From the IMG/VR virus record IMGVR_UViG_3300045988_183667: a stretch of 64,000 nt of DNA, one strand, 5' to 3'. The stretch is from a virus. The notes beneath the pieces are model-generated. The model searched no databases and was not told the origin of the DNA. It saw nothing but the letters and a program-made list of their open reading frames with translations. A program made the translations under genes and the position numbers. Shown in pieces: positions 58,564-64,000 of this stretch. Each line of letters opens with the position of its first letter. The first letter of the stretch is position 1.

Positions 58564-60702
58564 ATGGGTTTGAAACAGTCAATAGTTGTAAAAAATGAAT
58601 TTTCATGCAGGACAGCTACTGGCGGGACGAGAGGCGGATCGTTAGACAATTATGTTCTTGATTATATGAGCCGTAATGGCGGTGCCACGGAGATACTCAC
58701 ACCTGTGAAGCTGGACGATAATCAGAATTATATTCTGAATTATATGCTTCGTGATGAAGCAACCGAGTCTGCGGATTCCGTTTCCGGTTTAAAACAGGAT
58801 TTCCGGGATCTGCAGGGTCTTGGCGGAAGGGCGTTCGGATATGGTGAAGTTTCACTGTCTGACAAAAGGCTCCGTGAAGCGGCAAAGGATGTGCAGAAGA
58901 ATTTCAAGGCAGGAAAGACAATCTTAAAGACCGTTATTTCTTTTACGGATGATTATCTGAAAAAGACCGGTATTGTCCGTTCGGATTTCGAGTGCAGTCT
59001 TCCCGGTGATTATCGTGGAAACATTGACCAGCTGAAGTTACGCATGGCAATTATGAATGGTCTTTCCAAAGTGGCGAGAGGCTATGATGACTTGCAGTAT
59101 GTTGGTGTGATACAGGTAGATACGGAGCACGTACACTGCCATCTTGCCATGTTTGACAAAGGTGAAGGAACACGGATGCCGGACGGAACACAGCGCGGCA
59201 AGCTCACGGACCGCATGATGCGGGATTTGCGCCGGGGTGTGGACACTTATCTGGATGAGAAACAGACAGTTAAGATGATGGCCTCTTCTGTCAATTATGA
59301 CAAGCAGAACACGGTCGGATATATCAAGCGTTTTACACATGAAACGATGAACAACAGGGGACTTGCACAATTCATGATCGCCTGTCTCCCGGAAGACCGG
59401 TCGCTCTGGCGTGCCGGTTCCAATGCGTCAGAAATGCGTAAGGCAAATGGTATTGTCCGTGAGTATGTAGAACAGGTGCTTTCCCAGCCGGATTCCGGTT
59501 TTGAGGATGCCATGAAGGCTGTAAGGAAATATGCCGGTTACAGACGTAACCGTGAAGACCTGACAGGACAGTATTATCGTGAGCTCATAAGTTCCAAACA
59601 GAATGAGATTATTACGGATAGTATGAATGCCGTGTATGCTGTGTTGAAACAGATACCGGAAGATGGCTTACAGACACAGACGCCGCTTATGGATGTCATG
59701 AGCCTGCCATACGAGGACGCAGCAGATGTAATAGGAACTGCAATCAGTGAGCCGGATACGGTGGCTGAATTTGGTTTCCGTCTGCGTTCCTACAAGTCAA
59801 GGCTGGATCATCATGCTGCTGAATTTCAGAAGTATCATGCAAACCGTATTGCTTACGAGGAACAGAGGTCTGATCCTGACGAAAGAAGGCGTCCTGTACC
59901 AGAATCTGCGGCTGTGTATGAGTTTTACCTTGTGGAAGAACAGTACAATGAAATGCTGATGAACAAATACCAGTATTTTCTGGATTTTATCCCGCCGGAA
60001 GAAACATATCGTAAAGATCTGGACGAACTGACAAATTATGCGAGACAGATCACAGCATGGCAGCGTATGATAGATGATGCCGATATGCGCCGGATGTCGG
60101 TTGACACGGCAGAACAGTATGGAAAACGGGTGCATAATCTCTCAGACGGGCATCTGATGGTTGTAAACCCAGAGGCGCTGTCCGACAGGGTAAGTGATAT
60201 GAGAAAGCACTATGCCGGTATGCGTGAGGTGTATAGTGCGAAGCTCGCAGCCCTTGGTTTTGAACTGACAGAAGATGACACGTTACAGCGTGGCAGGAAA
60301 TATGATTTTGATGCTGTGAAGGCATTGGATCTGCATCATATGATGTATGATTTCCCTTATGATTTTGCAATTCCGCAGGATCAGTCCCGTTCTTTTGTAG
60401 GAATGGCAGATAAAAGGCTTGCCGCATTCGAGAAGGCAGCCGCTTATCTGAAGGCATCCGGACAGGAAGACATGATAAAAAATCTGTCAGGCTCCGACAT
60501 CCAGTCGCAGCATATTCTGGCTGACAGGTTCCGCAGGACAGATGCCGGTTTTACCACGGCTCGTGAAGAGGCTCTTACAAAAAGACGCCAGTCACGTACC
60601 ATTCGTCTGGATTATGATTTTTATGTTCATCAGGAAGAGGATTTGAAAGAAGATATTAAATCCATTGTAAAAAATACAGTTTCGACCTTGCAATATGAGT
60701 AA
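58564..60702 (+). CDS. MobA/MobL-family (MOBQ-like) conjugative relaxase
   Basis: N-terminal TATGGTRGGSLDNYVLDYMSRNGG (compare the RSF1010 MobA Tyr motif); H-x-H-x-H metal site DTEHVHCHL. Confidence 0.7.
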   Translation: MGLKQSIVVKNEFSCRTATGGTRGGSLDNYVLDYMSRNGGATEILTPVKLDDNQNYILNYMLRDEATESADSVSGLKQDFRDLQGLGGRAFGYGEVSLSDKRLREAAKDVQKNFKAGKTILKTVISFTDDYLKKTGIVRSDFECSLPGDYRGNIDQLKLRMAIMNGLSKVARGYDDLQYVGVIQVDTEHVHCHLAMFDKGEGTRMPDGTQRGKLTDRMMRDLRRGVDTYLDEKQTVKMMASSVNYDKQNTVGYIKRFTHETMNNRGLAQFMIACLPEDRSLWRAGSNASEMRKANGIVREYVEQVLSQPDSGFEDAMKAVRKYAGYRRNREDLTGQYYRELISSKQNEIITDSMNAVYAVLKQIPEDGLQTQTPLMDVMSLPYEDAADVIGTAISEPDTVAEFGFRLRSYKSRLDHHAAEFQKYHANRIAYEEQRSDPDERRRPVPESAAVYEFYLVEEQYNEMLMNKYQYFLDFIPPEETYRKDLDELTNYARQITAWQRMIDDADMRRMSVDTAEQYGKRVHNLSDGHLMVVNPEALSDRVSDMRKHYAGMREVYSAKLAALGFELTEDDTLQRGRKYDFDAVKALDLHHMMYDFPYDFAIPQDQSRSFVGMADKRLAAFEKAAAYLKASGQEDMIKNLSGSDIQSQHILADRFRRTDAGFTTAREEALTKRRQSRTIRLDYDFYVHQEEDLKEDIKSIVKNTVSTLQYE

Positions 60703-60731
60703 TTATGGTGTATAATTTGCTCATAAATGAG
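60688..60731 (+). promoter_or_regulatory. promoter TTGCAA-17-TATAAT with palindrome CTCATAAATGAG at about +1
   Basis: -35 at 60688..60693, -10 at 60711..60716, palindrome 60720..60731 (same 3-nt spacing after the -10 as at 15389). Confidence 0.55.
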
Positions 60732-60761
60732 TATATTTAGTTCAAGAAAGGACATGCACAT

Positions 60762-61685
60762 ATGGAAAACAGAGATAACTATTCACGAAATCAGTGCACA
60801 CTGGTGATCAGAGTTGACGGTGAGGAACTGGAAGTTCCATGCAACTTTGGTCTTTCTGCGGAAGAGATTAAGGTAATTTATCCGTACCTTGCAAATTTGG
60901 CGAATACGCAGATCGTAAATCCTGCTATTGAGTTCGCCAAGAAGTCAAAATCCGGTGCATATGATGCTCTTACAGAGGAAGAGTATGCAGAGCTGGTAGA
61001 TCAGATTCATAAGCAGTCCAGCTACTGGTATTCCAAGTCCAAGGCAAGTTTGCTTGACCTTGCGATTCGTTTTGCTTTGGACATTAAATTCAAGGGTATC
61101 CAGGAGATTCAGGACGCATTTTCAACGGTAACGCCTTTTGACCGTATCAAGACAGAAAAGACTGTTTCCAGCGAAGAAGCTACACAGATTTTAAAGGACG
61201 CCGGTATGGGTGCTGATGCGGAGACAAAGGCTGATACCGATGATGAAAAGGACGTGGAGATGGGTTCTGCCGGAAGTGTTTCTGTAGATATTTATGGAAC
61301 AGGTGATGCCGGTGACTTCTTATCCAAAGAACTGGACGACATGAATGCTGCAAACGCAGAAGACCGTTTCCAGAAGATCGTGGACGGCGAGAGACCGGAT
61401 CTCCCGGAGAGATACCAGTCAAATTACAAGCCAGAAGGGTTTCAGGATGGACAGATCGGCGAGGACGGTCTGTTAGATCTGTATGCAACTAACGGTTCTG
61501 CAGATGCCATTTTTGGTGACAAGCCGGATGACGGTTCCACTTCCGCAGAAATTTTTGCAGAAGATGAGGAAGCATCTGATGAAGATGCAGAACAGGAAGA
61601 AATTCCTGCTGACGAGGATGGCCCGGATGAAGATTTTGAGCCCGATTTCTCGGACGAAGATGAATTATGTGAGTCGGAGGACTGA
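60762..61685 (+). CDS. hypothetical protein with highly acidic C-terminal tail
   Basis: Complete ORF; C-terminus DEDAEQEEIPADEDGPDEDFEPDFSDEDE. Confidence 0.55.
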   Translation: MENRDNYSRNQCTLVIRVDGEELEVPCNFGLSAEEIKVIYPYLANLANTQIVNPAIEFAKKSKSGAYDALTEEEYAELVDQIHKQSSYWYSKSKASLLDLAIRFALDIKFKGIQEIQDAFSTVTPFDRIKTEKTVSSEEATQILKDAGMGADAETKADTDDEKDVEMGSAGSVSVDIYGTGDAGDFLSKELDDMNAANAEDRFQKIVDGERPDLPERYQSNYKPEGFQDGQIGEDGLLDLYATNGSADAIFGDKPDDGSTSAEIFAEDEEASDEDAEQEEIPADEDGPDEDFEPDFSDEDELCESED

Positions 61686-61690
61686 TGTAG

Positions 61691-64000
61691 ATGATTTTCA
61701 GAGAAGATGATCCAAAAGCAAAGCAGTATCCGCATATGGCTTTGTATACGGATTTTTTAAAGCCGATGGAGCGTCCGCTTCTCGGCCGTGAAAAAGAAAT
61801 GAGACAACTCATGGCAGCCATGGCAAGACCGGAGTTAAGTAATGTTATCCTGCTGGCAGAGGCTGGTACAGGTAAGGCAAACAGCGTTGATACGATTTTG
61901 CCGGTTGCAGACGAGAGAGGATATATCCGTCTCGGTGATGTCAAAGTCGGAGACAAAGTGTTTAACGAAGATGGTTATCCTGTAGATGTCATCGGTGTGT
62001 TCCCGCAGGGAATGCTTCATGCGTATGAAGTCATATTTGCAGACGGTACATCTGTTGTATGCAATGATGAGCATTTGTGGGCTGCAAGAACATGCAAACA
62101 GCATCATGACGATAAGCCTTACGGCGTACATACACTACGTGACATGATGGATTACGACATCGTAAAATCAAAGAAGCGTTCCGGCAGAAAAGACATGAAT
62201 ATCAAGTCATGGTATGTGCCATGCAACAAAGCTGTAAAGCGTCCGGACGTGGATCTTCCGGTTGCACCGTATGTTATGGGTGCTCTGATCGGTGATGGAT
62301 GCCTTACAGGAAAGAAAGCATTTGAGTTTTCTTCCGATGATGAGCCTGTTGTAGCAAGAGTTGCAGAGGGACTTGGTGCTGTTGGTTATGAGAAATCAAG
62401 CTATAATTATTCATGGCGTTTTGTAGCACCGGATGGATCAGAAGGTCGTTCAGACAAGATTTATATGTCATGTCGTGATGTGGCTGCAAAATTGTCAAAT
62501 GATGATGCAGCATTTGGAAAGAAGAGCATCGAACGCCGTATTCCGGGAATGTATATGCTTGGTTCTGAGAGTCAGCGTATGGAACTTCTCAGGGGTCTCA
62601 TGGATACAGACGGAACAGTAACAGGTTCTGATGGACGTGTGAACGCTTCTTTCAGTACAAATTCTTCTGATTTGGCAAAAGATGTACAGAAACTTGCAAA
62701 TTCGCTTGGATATCGCACAACGCTGCGCCAGGAGAAACGTAACAAGAAACGCAAGAATGCTGAGTATTCCGTTTATTTTATTGTAGAAGACGAAGAGACA
62801 ATGAATCTGTTCTCTTTGTCAAGACATATTAAATGGATTGAGAAACATATGCGTCATAATAAGAAATTCCATAAGATTTATGACGATATGGCAATCGCAG
62901 AAGTAAGGGATCTTCACAGGGATGAAGAAATGCTCTGCATCTATGTGGACAGTCCTGCGCATCTGTTCCAGATCACAGAGAACCACATTGTGACACATAA
63001 CACAGCTCTGGTTCAGGGAACCATGGCAAAGGATACAGACAGGGCATATCTGGAAGTAAACCTTCCGAAGATGATCGCAGATCAGAAAAATGAAAATGAG
63101 ATTGCCAATAAGTTAAAGAGCTTATTCAGAGAAGTCGAGAACTTCCATAATGACGAGGGAAAAGAGATCGTTCTTTTCATTGATGAGTTCCATCAGATCG
63201 TCCAGCTGTCATCCGCAGCCGTGGAAGTGTTAAAACCTCTGTTGGCAGATTCCGGTACCCGTGGTATCCGTGTTATTGCAGCGACTACATACATTGAGTA
63301 TCAGGCAAATATTGCAGCAAACCTGCCTCTGGTAGAGCGTTTGCAGAGAATCAATCTGCCGCAGCCTAGCAAGGATGTTGTGGTTTCCATTCTTAAGAAT
63401 TATGCAGAGCGTTACGGTGTTGGTGATCAGTTCGTCGGCAACAATATGCTTGAAATGATTTACGAGTATACGAACAGATATATCCCTGCCAATGCGCAGC
63501 CGAGAAAGTCAATCTTGATGCTGGATTCCATGATCGGATGGCACAGGGTAGACCATTGTCCAATTGATATGAGGCTGCTCTCAGATGTTATCTACGAGAC
63601 AGAGGGTATCAACATTGCGTTCCGTGTAGATGCAACGAGTATCAAATCGCAGCTTGACAAGGTGGTCATTGCGCAGCAGTTTGCATCCTCAGCTATTGAG
63701 TCGAGACTCCAGATTTGCTGTGCGGATTTGAATAACAAGAATAAGCCGATGAGCTCCTTCCTCTTTACTGGCAGTACAGGCACAGGCAAGACAGAAATGT
63801 CTAAACAGCTTGCAAATATCTTGTTTCAAGACGAAAGAGCTCTTGTCCGTATGGATATGACGGAGTATGCTCTTCCCGAGTCTCTGGAGCGTTTCAGATT
63901 AGAGCTGACACAGGCAGTATGGACGAGACCTTACTGTATCATTCTTCTGGATGAGATTGAAAAAGCCTGTGCTCCTGTAACAAGAATCCTTCTGCAGGTG
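61691..64000 (+). CDS. ClpB/ClpA-like double-AAA+ ATPase (no N-domain), interrupted by an intein; 3' end beyond window
   Basis: D1: LLGREKEMRQL...AEAGTGK, IVLFIDEFHQ, LKPLLADSGTRGIRVIAATT. D2: FLFTGSTGTGKTEMSKQLA, CIILLDEIEKA...ILLQV (compare ClpB [21 protein letters not shown]). The ORF is not in the track because there is no stop inside the window. Confidence 0.8.
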   Translation, partial: MIFREDDPKAKQYPHMALYTDFLKPMERPLLGREKEMRQLMAAMARPELSNVILLAEAGTGKANSVDTILPVADERGYIRLGDVKVGDKVFNEDGYPVDVIGVFPQGMLHAYEVIFADGTSVVCNDEHLWAARTCKQHHDDKPYGVHTLRDMMDYDIVKSKKRSGRKDMNIKSWYVPCNKAVKRPDVDLPVAPYVMGALIGDGCLTGKKAFEFSSDDEPVVARVAEGLGAVGYEKSSYNYSWRFVAPDGSEGRSDKIYMSCRDVAAKLSNDDAAFGKKSIERRIPGMYMLGSESQRMELLRGLMDTDGTVTGSDGRVNASFSTNSSDLAKDVQKLANSLGYRTTLRQEKRNKKRKNAEYSVYFIVEDEETMNLFSLSRHIKWIEKHMRHNKKFHKIYDDMAIAEVRDLHRDEEMLCIYVDSPAHLFQITENHIVTHNTALVQGTMAKDTDRAYLEVNLPKMIADQKNENEIANKLKSLFREVENFHNDEGKEIVLFIDEFHQIVQLSSAAVEVLKPLLADSGTRGIRVIAATTYIEYQANIAANLPLVERLQRINLPQPSKDVVVSILKNYAERYGVGDQFVGNNMLEMIYEYTNRYIPANAQPRKSILMLDSMIGWHRVDHCPIDMRLLSDVIYETEGINIAFRVDATSIKSQLDKVVIAQQFASSAIESRLQICCADLNNKNKPMSSFLFTGSTGTGKTEMSKQLANILFQDERALVRMDMTEYALPESLERFRLELTQAVWTRPYCIILLDEIEKACAPVTRILLQV
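61877..63001 (+). other. intein (~375 aa) with LAGLIDADG homing-endonuclease domain inserted in the D1 P-loop
   Basis: Block A (A)NSVDTILPV; block B NDEHLW; LAGLIDADG motifs YVMGALIGDGCL and LLRGLMDTDGTV; block G IVTHN, then Thr at +1. Removing it gives GTGK|TALVQG, which matches ClpB GVGKTAIVEG. Confidence 0.7.

Noticed and set aside
1-64000. Phage/prophage interpretation
   Set aside because: No terminase, portal, capsid, tail or lysis cassette was found. The relaxase, TopB, VirB6-like protein, T4SS hydrolase, ParM and sortase-adhesin point to a conjugative plasmid or ICE.
1-64000. CRISPR arrays, tRNA/rRNA genes, transposases/integrases
   Set aside because: I saw no regularly spaced direct repeats, no cloverleaf-like tRNA sequences and no DDE/tyrosine-recombinase motifs in any frame I inspected.

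Overview
This ~64 kb segment is densely coding, has moderate-to-low GC, and shows Firmicutes-style strong GGAGG-type ribosome-binding sites. It looks like part of a conjugative plasmid or ICE from a Gram-positive (likely clostridial) host, not a phage: I saw no capsid, terminase or portal genes. All calls below are from reading motifs and ORF organisation by eye; no database search was run.

The window has three parts.

(1) 1..15.2 kb is a tightly packed array of ~33 small, mostly unknown minus-strand ORFs with tight operon-like packing. It resembles a plasmid leading or early region. It contains a strongly acidic DNA-mimic-like protein, a possible HIRAN-like protein, Cys/His-rich proteins and a lipoprotein.

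(2) 15.3..28.8 kb is a plus-strand maintenance and regulation block:
- a ribbon-helix-helix (RHH) DNA-binding protein, an actin-like ParM/Alp-family ATPase, a flotillin/SPFH protein and a second RHH protein;
- an XRE-HTH plus HExxH-metalloprotease (ImmR/ImmA-like) module lying divergent to a compact SF1 (UvrD-like) helicase fused to a RecB/Cas4-like PD-(D/E)xK nuclease;
- a candidate HEPN(RNxxxH)-CBS-pair protein and a DUF2130-like protein.

(3) 28.9..64 kb is the surface and transfer block:
- a 1559-aa sortase-dependent adhesin built of Thr-Gln-ester-type repeats, with a dedicated class-B-like sortase;
- two paralogous RHH proteins and topoisomerase III (TopB) with C-terminal tandem repeats;
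- Gram-positive T4SS-like components: a VirB4-like protein apparently lacking a P-loop, a VirB6-like polytopic protein, small membrane proteins, and a cell-wall hydrolase with Asp-rich Ca-binding-like repeats;
- a MobA/MobL-type relaxase;
- a ClpB/ClpA-like double-AAA+ ATPase whose D1 Walker A motif is interrupted by a ~375-aa LAGLIDADG intein. This ORF runs off the window end.

Most plus-strand operons in block 3 are preceded by the same promoter architecture, TTGATAAATGAG-(17 bp)-TGnTAtAAT. The full palindrome CTCATAAATGAG sits at +1 of two other promoters, which suggests an element-wide regulon.
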